Below, piece after piece: positions 1-8,283 of a stretch of DNA of 64,000 nt. The DNA comes from Chryseobacterium gleum (GTDB lineage Bacteria; Bacteroidota; Bacteroidia; Flavobacteriales_D; Sanyastnellaceae): the NCBI GenBank assembly GCA_945874695.1, contig CAMCHP010000002.1:23473-87472 (forward strand), in the 5' to 3' direction. A program made the translations under genes and the position numbers. Under the pieces are notes generated by a model. It was not told the origin of the DNA and ran no database searches. It saw only the letters and a list, made by a program, of their open reading frames with translations. Position 1 is the stretch's first letter. Every line of letters begins with the position of its first letter.

Positions 1-902
1 AGTGTGAGTTGGAGTGTGAGAGCGAAAGAGCAAACCAAAATGCGTTTGGTCGTTGCATTTATGGCCAGAACATTGTTTACGCATCAGTCTCGCTAGGAAC
101 GATAGCGACGGTAGCCACGGGTTTAACCCGTGGTTGCGGGGGCGCGTTTGAAACCAGAGTGCCGTAGGCACGGCACCGAAATTCACGTGAGGCTATCGAG
201 CACAACGATGCGATGCACATCATCTGTTTTGATGAAAGAGGTACGGGCGGAAAATTTTTCACCCCTACGATTGCCCGCCCTCATGATTGCCCGCCCTTAC
301 GATCGCCCATATTTTACGCGTCGTTTTACCCATGCGATCTTCGCATCGTGCGGGGTTACACCAACCCCTCCCCGTTCTCAAGCTACGACCCCCGCGAGAA
401 TTGGGCAAGTTTTAAACGTTTATAAACGTTTAAAGTGAAGAAATCGAGATTTGACAAGCCATACTGCGGCGAAGGGCCGGTGTTGGTTTGAAAAGAAACA
501 GCCACAAACTTTTACTCCCCGCACACAAAGTTGTGGCCGCTGCGGCTTGCAAGTCCTCGGCCGAATCGCGATTTTTGGTCCATAGGGGAGGTGGGTATTA
601 ACCCGTGTATATACGCGCGACATGAAAGAACCCCAAGGCCATCCTTCGATGTGGGTTTTGGAGATGTACTCGAGGCAGCGTAAAACGTTTGTCCACCTCG
701 AGACAACGATTGAAGGAGCGCACCCATCCGCGCAGCGCAAAAAAAATCAGGTAAACTTTTTGAAACGCGTGTGATATGTTTACGCCGTGTGTGACCCCTG
801 CGCATTTCGTTGCGCGATTGCATGATGGGTCACACTAAACTCAAGTAGGGGCCTTGGTGTGTTGTCCATTGCGCCGAAAAGGGTCGGCATCAAAAATATG
901 TG
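1..902. other. ORF-poor, hairpin-rich non-coding region (function unknown)
   Basis: ORFs in the track here are all <=106 aa, mutually overlapping and Arg/Cys/Pro-rich, so not protein-like. Perfect stem-loops seen by eye at 115-133 (7 bp), 159-176 (6 bp), 669-702 (7 bp) and 789-835 (9 bp with a nested hairpin). A 24-nt palindrome lies at 411-434. I could not spot RNase P, tmRNA, SRP or riboswitch core motifs. Confidence 0.5.
411..434. repeat. 24-nt perfect palindrome TTTAAACGTTTATAAACGTTTAAA
   Basis: The sequence equals its own reverse complement (checked base by base). It can also be read as a direct repeat of AAACGTTTA. It lies in the ORF-free region. Confidence 0.9.
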
Positions 903-1418
903 CTACGATTTCCTTGCCTGCTTGTACACGGGTACGGTGCTGCAGGGTTCGCCGAACATCCACGTTTTTACTACGCCTTGCAACTGCGTGGTCAAAGCAA
1001 TGTACACCGATGCCGGTAGAACACGCTTCGAACAGCCTTTCACAACAACCCGTAAATCGGCGTATGCTTGCGGGTCAATGGTTCGGATGTAGGCGAGTAG
1101 ATAATCTTCCATGGCGCGCTCCGCATCGCCTTGCACCACGTGCAGCGCGACGCCTGTCAACTTGGATGTAACGAGCATGTAGGCCCACATGGGTATGAGA
1201 GCATCGGTGCTGCAAAACACACCGACGACATGGCCGCGGTAAGCTTCAAAGTCATGGGTTTTTACCCACTCCCGGAGATCTGCCTCACGCAAGGCCAAGC
1301 CTTGCCAAAGCAAGTCGGTAAAATCAATGACAGCAACGGGAGGATTGGGCAACAACGCTTCAGGGTCGAGCGACAAAATGCCGCTTTCACTGACTTTGTT
1401 TACAATCTCTTCACTCAT
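903..1418 (-). CDS. conserved hypothetical protein, probably DUF2480 family
   Basis: About 171-aa ORF. The ATG at 1418 overlaps the dxs stop by 1 nt (TGATG), suggesting co-translation. Size and position directly downstream of dxs resemble Bacteroidota DUF2480 proteins. The family name is from memory only. Confidence 0.55.
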   Translation of the reverse strand: MSEEIVNKVSESGILSLDPEALLPNPPVAVIDFTDLLWQGLALREADLREWVKTHDFEAYRGHVVGVFCSTDALIPMWAYMLVTSKLTGVALHVVQGDAERAMEDYLLAYIRTIDPQAYADLRVVVKGCSKRVLPASVYIALTTQLQGVVKTWMFGEPCSTVPVYKQARKS

Positions 1419-3358
1419 CAACCCACACGTTTTTCAGCGGCGCGTTCGATGCCCACCATTTGGGCTGCAGTAGCAACCATGGCCGCAGTATCGTATCCGC
1501 ATTCCTTATACAATTCGTCTTGCGAACCGTGTTCAATGTAGCGGTCAGGAACACCTAAGCGTTTGATTTGTGCGTGGTAGCCGTTGTCGGCCATGAATTC
1601 AATCACGGCACTTCCGAAGCCACCTTGAATGCATCCGTCTTCGACGGTAATCACCTTGTCGAATTTGGCGAACACTTCATGGAGCATGAGCTCGTCGATT
1701 GGTTTCACAAAGCGCATGTCGTAGTGCGCCGCGTGAATGCCCATCTCTTCGAGTGTTTCGCATGCTTTGCGCGTGTAATTTCCGATGGCGCCGATGGTCA
1801 AGAAGGCTACATCAGAGCCATTCTTAATCTTGCGGCCGGTTCCAACCTTCAATGCGCGCAAGGGTGTTTTCCATTCGGTCATGACGCCGTTGCCTCGCGG
1901 GTAACGGATGCTGAATGGACCGTGGTCTTCGGCTTGCGCGGTAAACATCAAGTTGCGCAGTTCTTCCTCATCCATCGGGGCTGAAACCACCATGTTCGGA
2001 ATCGAGCGCATGTAGGCGAGGTCATACGTTCCGTGGTGGGTAGGACCATCGGCACCAACCAAACCGCCGCGATCAAGGCAGAAAACAACTTGCAACTTCT
2101 GAATGGCTACGTCATGAATAACCTGATCGTAGGCACGTTGCATGAATGAGGAATAGATGTTGCAAAAAGGAATCAAGCCTTGTGTTGCCATCCCCGCCGA
2201 GAATGTCACTGCGTGCTGTTCGGCAATTCCGACATCGAAGGCTCGGTCAGGCATGGCATCCATCATGAACTTCAATGAGCAACCTGAGGGCATCGCGGGC
2301 GTTACACCTACAATGCGCGGATTGCGTTCAGCAAGTTCAATGATGGTATGGCCAAACACGTCTTGAAACTTCGGGGGTTCAGGACTTTTCGGTACGACTT
2401 TAATAATCTCTCCTGTTTCTTTGTTGAAGAGGCCGGGAGCGTGCCATTGGGTAGGCGAACCTTTTTCAGCGGGTTCGTAACCTTTCCCTTTCATGGTCAC
2501 ACAGTGGAGTAGTTTCGGGCCTGGAATATCTTTCAAGTCGCGAAGCACCTTCACCAAGTGTTCTACATCATGGCCATCGATCGGGCCGAAGTAGCGAAAG
2601 TTCAATGATTCAAACAGGTTGCTTTGTTTGAGCAATGCACCTTTTACTGCGTTCTCAATCTTCTGCACAATGGCTTGCGCATTCGGACCGAACTTGCTCA
2701 CTTTGCCCAACAAATTCCACACCTCATCTTTCACCTTATTGTAGGTATGAGAGGTCGTAATGTCGGTGAGGTACTCTTTGAGTGCGCCGACGTTTGGATC
2801 AATGGACATGCAGTTGTCGTTGAGGACAACAATCATGTTGGTGTCTTCGACGCCGCCGTGATTTAGGCCTTCGAAAGCCAAACCGGCGGTCATTGCACCG
2901 TCGCCGATCACAGCAATGTGTTGACGCTCGGCATCGCCTTTTACGCGGCTCGCGACCGCCATTCCGAGGGCTGCGGAAATACTTGTTGATGAGTGGCCCA
3001 CACCGAAGGTGTCAAATTCACTTTCGGTACGTTTCGGGAAACCTGAAACGCCCTTGTAGATGCGGTTTGTATGAAAAACAGATCGCCGCCCGGTAAGGAT
3101 CTTATGTCCGTAGGCTTGGTGCCCAACGTCCCACACCAATTGATCGTACGGTGTATTGAATACATAATGCAGCGCTACGGTAAGTTCGACTACGCCGAGG
3201 CTCGCCCCAAAGTGGCCACCTTTTTCAGAAACGACATCGACAATAAACGAGCGAAGTTCGTCACACAACTGTGGCAGTTCTTCTTCTGCGATTTGGCTTC
3301 TGAGATCGGCGGGAACATTGATCTTGCTCAGAAGGGGGCCTGCGGGGTATTCGCTCAT
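1418..3358 (-). CDS. dxs: 1-deoxy-D-xylulose-5-phosphate synthase
   Basis: Carries GHSSTSISAALGMA and the TPP-binding motif GDGAMTAG...NDN. Transketolase-like middle and C-terminal domains span the full length. The ATG at 3358 (MSEYPAG...) is preferred over the upstream GTG at 3379. Confidence 0.95.
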   Translation of the reverse strand: MSEYPAGPLLSKINVPADLRSQIAEEELPQLCDELRSFIVDVVSEKGGHFGASLGVVELTVALHYVFNTPYDQLVWDVGHQAYGHKILTGRRSVFHTNRIYKGVSGFPKRTESEFDTFGVGHSSTSISAALGMAVASRVKGDAERQHIAVIGDGAMTAGLAFEGLNHGGVEDTNMIVVLNDNCMSIDPNVGALKEYLTDITTSHTYNKVKDEVWNLLGKVSKFGPNAQAIVQKIENAVKGALLKQSNLFESLNFRYFGPIDGHDVEHLVKVLRDLKDIPGPKLLHCVTMKGKGYEPAEKGSPTQWHAPGLFNKETGEIIKVVPKSPEPPKFQDVFGHTIIELAERNPRIVGVTPAMPSGCSLKFMMDAMPDRAFDVGIAEQHAVTFSAGMATQGLIPFCNIYSSFMQRAYDQVIHDVAIQKLQVVFCLDRGGLVGADGPTHHGTYDLAYMRSIPNMVVSAPMDEEELRNLMFTAQAEDHGPFSIRYPRGNGVMTEWKTPLRALKVGTGRKIKNGSDVAFLTIGAIGNYTRKACETLEEMGIHAAHYDMRFVKPIDELMLHEVFAKFDKVITVEDGCIQGGFGSAVIEFMADNGYHAQIKRLGVPDRYIEHGSQDELYKECGYDTAAMVATAAQMVGIERAAEKRVG

Positions 3359-3408
3359 AGCTGAAAAATTAACGGGCACACATTTTACCCGATTACACGA
3401 ACATCAAA

Positions 3409-3416
3409 CAAAAGTA
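3409..3416 (-). promoter_or_regulatory. candidate Bacteroidota -7 box (TACTTTTG) upstream of dxs
   Basis: Exact match to TAnnTTTG on the minus strand, 51 nt upstream of the dxs ATG. Motif match only. Confidence 0.3.
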
Positions 3417-3452
3417 GCGAATTAATGTTCGGACGCACAGGCTGATGTACGC

Positions 3453-4145
3453 TTAGTGCGCAACGAGGCCGAGTATCGACTCGAAAATTGCCCGGCCGTC
3501 AACATTGGTTAAATCCAAGTCAGCAGCGCGCTCGGGGTGCGGCATCATTCCAAAAACATTGCCTTGTTTGTTCATTACACCGGCAATGTTTTGGATCGAT
3601 CCGTTCGGATTCGCTTCTTCAGTAACGTCGCCATTGACGTCGCAGTATCTGAAGAGCACTTGATCGTTCGCATTCAATTCATCGAGTACCGCTTGAGCAG
3701 CATAGTAATTGCCTTCTCCGTGCGCGATTGGAATTTGAAGCGGCTCTGTTGGATTGAGCCTTGCCGTAGGCAATGCAATTTTTGATTGCGGGATGAGGTG
3801 AACGTTTTTGCAAACGAATTTGCGATTTGCGTTGTGCAAGAGCGCACCGGGAAGCATCCGCGCTTCGGTGAGCACTTGAAATCCATTGCAAATTCCCATT
3901 ACATAGCCGCCGCGGGTTGCGTGGGCCATTACTTCATCCATGATTGGTGAGAAGCGTGCTATGGCGCCGCTGCGGAGGTAATCGCCGTAGCTAAATCCTC
4001 CTGGCAATACAACAAAATCAACGCCCTTGAGGTCGTGATCTTTGTGCCATAGACGCTCTACTTTTTGACCGAGGAGATTCCCCAAGACGTAGACCATGTC
4101 TTCATCACAATTGGAACCAGGGAAGGTGACAACACCAAATTTCAT
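3453..4145 (-). CDS. purQ: phosphoribosylformylglycinamidine synthase, glutamine amidotransferase subunit
   Basis: Class-I amidotransferase motifs GICNGFQVL, HGEG and MMPHPER. Start taken at MKFGVVTFPGSNCD (ATG at 4145). Confidence 0.9.
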   Translation of the reverse strand: MKFGVVTFPGSNCDEDMVYVLGNLLGQKVERLWHKDHDLKGVDFVVLPGGFSYGDYLRSGAIARFSPIMDEVMAHATRGGYVMGICNGFQVLTEARMLPGALLHNANRKFVCKNVHLIPQSKIALPTARLNPTEPLQIPIAHGEGNYYAAQAVLDELNANDQVLFRYCDVNGDVTEEANPNGSIQNIAGVMNKQGNVFGMMPHPERAADLDLTNVDGRAIFESILGLVAH

Positions 4146-4161
4146 GGACAGTAATTTGCTA

Positions 4162-4169
4162 CAAAAGTA
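4162..4169 (-). promoter_or_regulatory. candidate -7 box (TACTTTTG) for purQ
   Basis: Exact TAnnTTTG on the minus strand, 16 nt upstream of the purQ ATG. It lies just downstream of the terminator of the preceding gene. Confidence 0.4.
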
Positions 4170-4193
4170 CAAAAAAGCGGTGGCCTAAAACGC

Positions 4194-4240
4194 AAAAAAG
4201 CGCTCAGACTCCACGGCAATTTGCAGCTGAGTCTGAGCGC
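4194..4240 (-). terminator. rho-independent terminator of the T9SS cargo gene
   Basis: Perfect 12-bp stem (4200-4211 with 4229-4240) and a 17-nt loop, followed on the minus strand by a T6 run (4194-4199). It lies 32 nt past the stop at 4272. Confidence 0.65.
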
Positions 4241-4271
4241 CATAAGCTCATTTGCGTTGTTTTTAGGCCAA

Positions 4272-6971
4272 CTACTGGCGTAAAATCTTGTAGGTGTGGC
4301 GTTGGCCTGTTGCCGTGTTTTGAATCGTAACCAATACGGTTGGTACGCTGCGAATCACGTTTAAATTCAAGCGTTGGCTGCCATAACGACCTTCCATCGG
4401 CGCGATTAAGCGTTGGCCGAGCATGTTGTAGACATCGATGCGGTAGTCGCGCACATCGCTGTGCCCGAAGTTGATTACCGTGAATCCTTCACTGGCGTAA
4501 ACATTAACCTCATCGGCAATTGAAACGTCATCAACGCCCACGCCTTGTTCAACAATAACTACCAATTGATATACCCCGCTGCACTCATCATTTGAAGCAT
4601 TGAGCGTTACAATGAAGTTTCCTGTTTGCGTGAATGTGTGTGACGGGTTTTCATCGGTTGATACGGGGCTGCCATCACCGAACGTCCAGGTAAAGTTTGT
4701 TGCACCGTCGGTGAAGTTGGTGAAATATACCGTAGCTGTTCCGTTCTGAAGATTGACAATTTGCTGATCCACTTCAAAGAGGGCAGCAACACTGGGTGCC
4801 GCATCGATGGTCATAGACTGCCCAATCGTGCATCCGTTACCGTCGGTAACCACCACAGCATATTCGCCTGCTTCGAGACCCGTGCGGTTCGCATCGGTTG
4901 CCCCGTCGTTCCAAAGCACGCTGTAGTCACCCACACCTCCTCCAAAGTCTATTGAAATGGTGCCTGTATTTACTTCGTCGCAGCCGAGTTCAGTTGTGCT
5001 CCCGCTTAAGAACAGTGGTTCAGGTTCAATTACCTCCACTTGGGCTGAGAGCGAGCCACATTGTTCAATGCCTGTAACGTTGATCGTGTACCATCCGGCC
5101 GTTAGGCCTTCAACCAAAAAAGCTTGTTCAACGCTCACTTGGCTGCCGAGCACGTTGCCGTCGCCGTCGAGCCAGAAGTAGCTCCATGGCCCCGCGCCAA
5201 TGCCGTCAATTTCGATTGTTCCGGTAGCGCCGGCATTGCACAAGCTTGCCGTTGGCTCCGCTGTGATTGGCGGCGAAATGTGGAACATAAAGCGCGGAGC
5301 TTGACTTACGACATCGGTGAAAAACTCAATGGTTTCAGTTTCATTCACGGGGTACAGAATGCCCGTGTTCAAATCTTCGATGTACATGCAGCGATCGGTG
5401 ATCTGCGGCACGTTTTGCAAGGTCAATACAAGCGGGCCAATTTGCGTAGAGGTGAGAATAATAGGCACCGCCACGGCCTCGTCGCTGTAAGGCACGTGGT
5501 TGATTGCAAGTGAAATATCGTCGGCTGAACGGCTTGCAATGCTTGAGATTGAAGTGCTGCTGTAGTATTTGTAGGCATCGAGCGCTGTGTCAAAGTTTGT
5601 TGTTGCACCTTCAGCCAAAGCGATGATCATTTCATCGCCCAATCCCAATCCTGTGATTCGAAGCTTCAAAAACTCGTTAGTTGTATTCACGGGCGAGGTT
5701 GTTTCGGCGATTTTCGCATTCTCGTTGATGGTCAAAACTGGGTTTTCAGCATACGATTGAATCCAGAAGGCCTCGCCACTGCGAATGAGTGGTGAACCGC
5801 CGTTTACACCGTATCCGTTTGAATAGGTGCGGAATTGGTTCAAGCTCACATCCCACACATAAATTGCACCGAGCACATTTTCTTTCACCCAGCCGTCTTG
5901 GCTATCCCATGAAATATTTGATGGGTATGGGTTTGCAAGCACATTCATGCCATCTGAAAGCGGTTCACCCGTTCCAGTAAAGTAAATTGGGAGGTCGAAT
6001 TCTCCGGTTACTGGCGTGCCTGTAACGTCAAAAACGTATGTGCCTGAGTTGGCGTATACATAGTAACCCAAACCTGGAGTAATTGGGTCATCCGAAGTCA
6101 ATACAGGAATGAAAGCAGCGCCGCTATTGTCAGCAGCCTCGTCATACGTTCGAATGCTCACAAAACTGTGCGCGGGGAAATCAGCTCCAACAAAGCCAGT
6201 TGTTACAAAGTCGTCATTCCATTGTCCGATGGTTGCCTCTGTGAATGGCGTACCAATAGTTAGCCAACCGCTATTTCCTGCAACCACGGTTCTTTCATAA
6301 GATATATTTCCGGTCAACGTTCCGTCATTCAAAGAAGCAATTGAACCACTTTTCGAGGCACCACTGCTGCGCAAGCTGAGCAAGTCGTTGGTGTTTACGT
6401 TCGACCCTCCTTGAATGTTGAGTACATCGTAAACATCGGTTGTTCCATTGAGGGTTAAGTCAAGACCGCTGTTGACCACAACGGCATTGAAAGCATTTAC
6501 CCCGTTGACTTGTTGCACTTCTTCTCCTGCGAAGTTTACCACACCAATGCCCCGTGTAAAGGTGCCTTCGTTGGTCCAGTCGCCACGTACAATGAGTGTG
6601 CGTTGAATTTCGGCAGACATTCCGAACGTTGCACCGGCCTCAATTAACAAGTGATTCACGCTGGCGTTGTTTGCCAAGTTCATAATGTGTCCGGTTGAAA
6701 CGATCACGTCATGCCCGTCGTTGGGTATGCATGTGCAATCCCAAACCCAAGGCTGCGTCCAGTTTCCTGAAGCAATGCTGCGCACTTCAACAGCTGCGGC
6801 AGCTGCCGGGGGCTGGGGTAAGATGCTAATTTCATTGATGGGTTGAGCGGGTTCCGTTGATGCCGTGGGCATCGCAGGCTGCGTTTCGGGGAAGTAAGTT
6901 CCTTGCGCAAAGGAGGGTGCTGCAAGAAACAGTGCAAATACCGAAGCACCAAGTTGTTTAATTCGCTTCAT
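4272..6971 (-). CDS. secreted T9SS cargo protein (unassigned N-terminal region of about 550 aa, two SprB-like repeats, PKD domain, type-A C-terminal sorting domain)
   Basis: Signal peptide MKRIKQLGASVFALFLAAPSFAQG. Cys-started repeats CNAGATGTIEIDG...YFW and CDEVNTGTISIDFGGGVGDYSVLW. PKD-like stretch FTWTFGDGSPVSTDENPSHTFTQTGNF. The last 78 aa or so (VNVYASEG...YKILRQ) look like a Por_Secre_tail CTD. Confidence 0.8.
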   Translation of the reverse strand: MKRIKQLGASVFALFLAAPSFAQGTYFPETQPAMPTASTEPAQPINEISILPQPPAAAAAVEVRSIASGNWTQPWVWDCTCIPNDGHDVIVSTGHIMNLANNASVNHLLIEAGATFGMSAEIQRTLIVRGDWTNEGTFTRGIGVVNFAGEEVQQVNGVNAFNAVVVNSGLDLTLNGTTDVYDVLNIQGGSNVNTNDLLSLRSSGASKSGSIASLNDGTLTGNISYERTVVAGNSGWLTIGTPFTEATIGQWNDDFVTTGFVGADFPAHSFVSIRTYDEAADNSGAAFIPVLTSDDPITPGLGYYVYANSGTYVFDVTGTPVTGEFDLPIYFTGTGEPLSDGMNVLANPYPSNISWDSQDGWVKENVLGAIYVWDVSLNQFRTYSNGYGVNGGSPLIRSGEAFWIQSYAENPVLTINENAKIAETTSPVNTTNEFLKLRITGLGLGDEMIIALAEGATTNFDTALDAYKYYSSTSISSIASRSADDISLAINHVPYSDEAVAVPIILTSTQIGPLVLTLQNVPQITDRCMYIEDLNTGILYPVNETETIEFFTDVVSQAPRFMFHISPPITAEPTASLCNAGATGTIEIDGIGAGPWSYFWLDGDGNVLGSQVSVEQAFLVEGLTAGWYTINVTGIEQCGSLSAQVEVIEPEPLFLSGSTTELGCDEVNTGTISIDFGGGVGDYSVLWNDGATDANRTGLEAGEYAVVVTDGNGCTIGQSMTIDAAPSVAALFEVDQQIVNLQNGTATVYFTNFTDGATNFTWTFGDGSPVSTDENPSHTFTQTGNFIVTLNASNDECSGVYQLVVIVEQGVGVDDVSIADEVNVYASEGFTVINFGHSDVRDYRIDVYNMLGQRLIAPMEGRYGSQRLNLNVIRSVPTVLVTIQNTATGQRHTYKILRQ

Positions 6972-7037
6972 AGTCGTTGTTTTAAGTCGGCGCTAGATCT
7001 TGCGCTACTCCGCTTCTACGCTACGAATACAGAAAGG

Positions 7038-8000
7038 TTACAACTGAAAACTCGACCAAAAAAACAAGAGTGCCCCCGCGACAAAATATAGGATGAAAAG
7101 CACCCTTTGCAGGTTTCGTATCCTCGCAGTAAAAGGCCAAGGGAAAACCCAGGCCGCCGGAAAAGCCACGAGGGTTAGGGCGGCCCAAGCATTTCCTGGG
7201 TAAATGAACACGCTGGCTGCGACTAGGCCCCCAGCGAACATAACCAATATCGCTTTCGAATTCTTCGATTTATTGCTGCTTGAACCGAAAGCATTGATTA
7301 AGAAGCCAAACCCCAACAGCAAGCCAAGTACAAAAACAAGCAGTGGAATGATGTCGCGCAGTTCAGGCACAAATGGCGGCTGCGTTGACAGCCGGTGGTA
7401 AACAAGATCAAATATGGGCAACTCAAACAGCCACAACACTACTATACTTATTGCCGGTGGCAATACAAAACCCATTACCGGTAAGGTAAGCTCGCGCCAT
7501 TTCGCTGCACGGGTGTACAATATCGCAGCGAGCAAAAGCAAACCTGACACTGCAAAAACACCATCAAATAATGCGGCGACCCCAAATAAGAACCCTGCAT
7601 TGAAATAATGCGCCGTTCCATCGTTCTGGCGGTATACTTTCAAGGTGGCATTCAATCCTGGAATGAAGAACAAGCCTCCCAATAATATCGGCCCAACGGG
7701 CAGAGCAACAGGCAAACAGCACGCTATGAATACGAAAAACCAGCCGGCTAAGTTGTTTCGTCCAGGCACCAACTCATGCCGATTGAAAAGCCCGTTCATC
7801 AATAAACCATTGACGACAATCACGGCAAAGTGAAAATAAACTCCAAGCCGAAGGTTTAATGCTTGCGGAAGTGGCGCGTTATACGGATCTTGCCCCAATT
7901 CAACCCTGCCCAAAAGCAGATGCAAAACAAGGAAGATCAGCCCTGTAAGCGGAATGATTGCCGATGCAATGGGTTGGTTTGAACGAAGCAAGTTGAGCAT
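7038..8000 (-). CDS. polytopic integral membrane protein (possibly DUF6427 family)
   Basis: 320 aa, ATG start, with about 8-9 hydrophobic helices over its whole length. I recognise no catalytic motif. The family name is tentative. Confidence 0.55.
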   Translation of the reverse strand: MLNLLRSNQPIASAIIPLTGLIFLVLHLLLGRVELGQDPYNAPLPQALNLRLGVYFHFAVIVVNGLLMNGLFNRHELVPGRNNLAGWFFVFIACCLPVALPVGPILLGGLFFIPGLNATLKVYRQNDGTAHYFNAGFLFGVAALFDGVFAVSGLLLLAAILYTRAAKWRELTLPVMGFVLPPAISIVVLWLFELPIFDLVYHRLSTQPPFVPELRDIIPLLVFVLGLLLGFGFLINAFGSSSNKSKNSKAILVMFAGGLVAASVFIYPGNAWAALTLVAFPAAWVFPWPFTARIRNLQRVLFILYFVAGALLFFWSSFQL

Positions 8001-8061
8001 ACGAAACCTGTCAGCGGGTTAAATTACAGTGAAAGATTCGGTAGAATCTCATTGCTTTGGT

Positions 8062-8069
8062 TATTTTTG
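8062..8069 (+). promoter_or_regulatory. candidate -7 box (TATTTTTG)
   Basis: Exact TAnnTTTG 17 nt upstream of the ATG at 8087. Confidence 0.4.
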
Positions 8070-8086
8070 CAAAAAACTCTTTGGTT

Positions 8087-8275
8087 ATGAACCTTCAGCA
8101 GATTTTAGATCCGATTGCCAAACTCGTTAATGAAACCTTCATCACCATTCTTGTTCCAATCAGTGACCTCGTAAATTGGGCGGTGATTGCATTGGGCTTT
8201 GTAGGCTTGGGCCTTTGGATCAAAATGCAGCAATCGTACACTGCGAAGGCCAAGCGCGATAACACGCTCGTTTAA
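8087..8275 (+). CDS. small single-pass membrane protein (possibly DUF6341 family)
   Basis: 62 aa counted from ATG 8087 (MNLQQILDP...). One TM helix (WAVIALGFVGLGLWI) and a basic tail. The track ORF starts at a TTG at 8057. The promoter box spacing favours 8087. Confidence 0.45.
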   Translation: MNLQQILDPIAKLVNETFITILVPISDLVNWAVIALGFVGLGLWIKMQQSYTAKAKRDNTLV

Positions 8276-8283
8276 GCAAGCTT

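Noticed and set aside
1-902. Replication origin (oriC) in the ORF-free region.
   Set aside because: There is no cluster of DnaA boxes (TTATCCACA-like). Only one weak two-mismatch match lies near 686-694. No dnaA or dnaN gene is adjacent.
77-1171. Short ORFs in the left non-coding region (77-262, 130-438, 213-425, 420-740, 512-823, 854-1171).
   Set aside because: They overlap each other in several frames, are Arg/Cys/Pro-rich, and have no recognisable motifs. The ORFs at 854-1171 and 859-1092 are antisense to the DUF2480-like gene.
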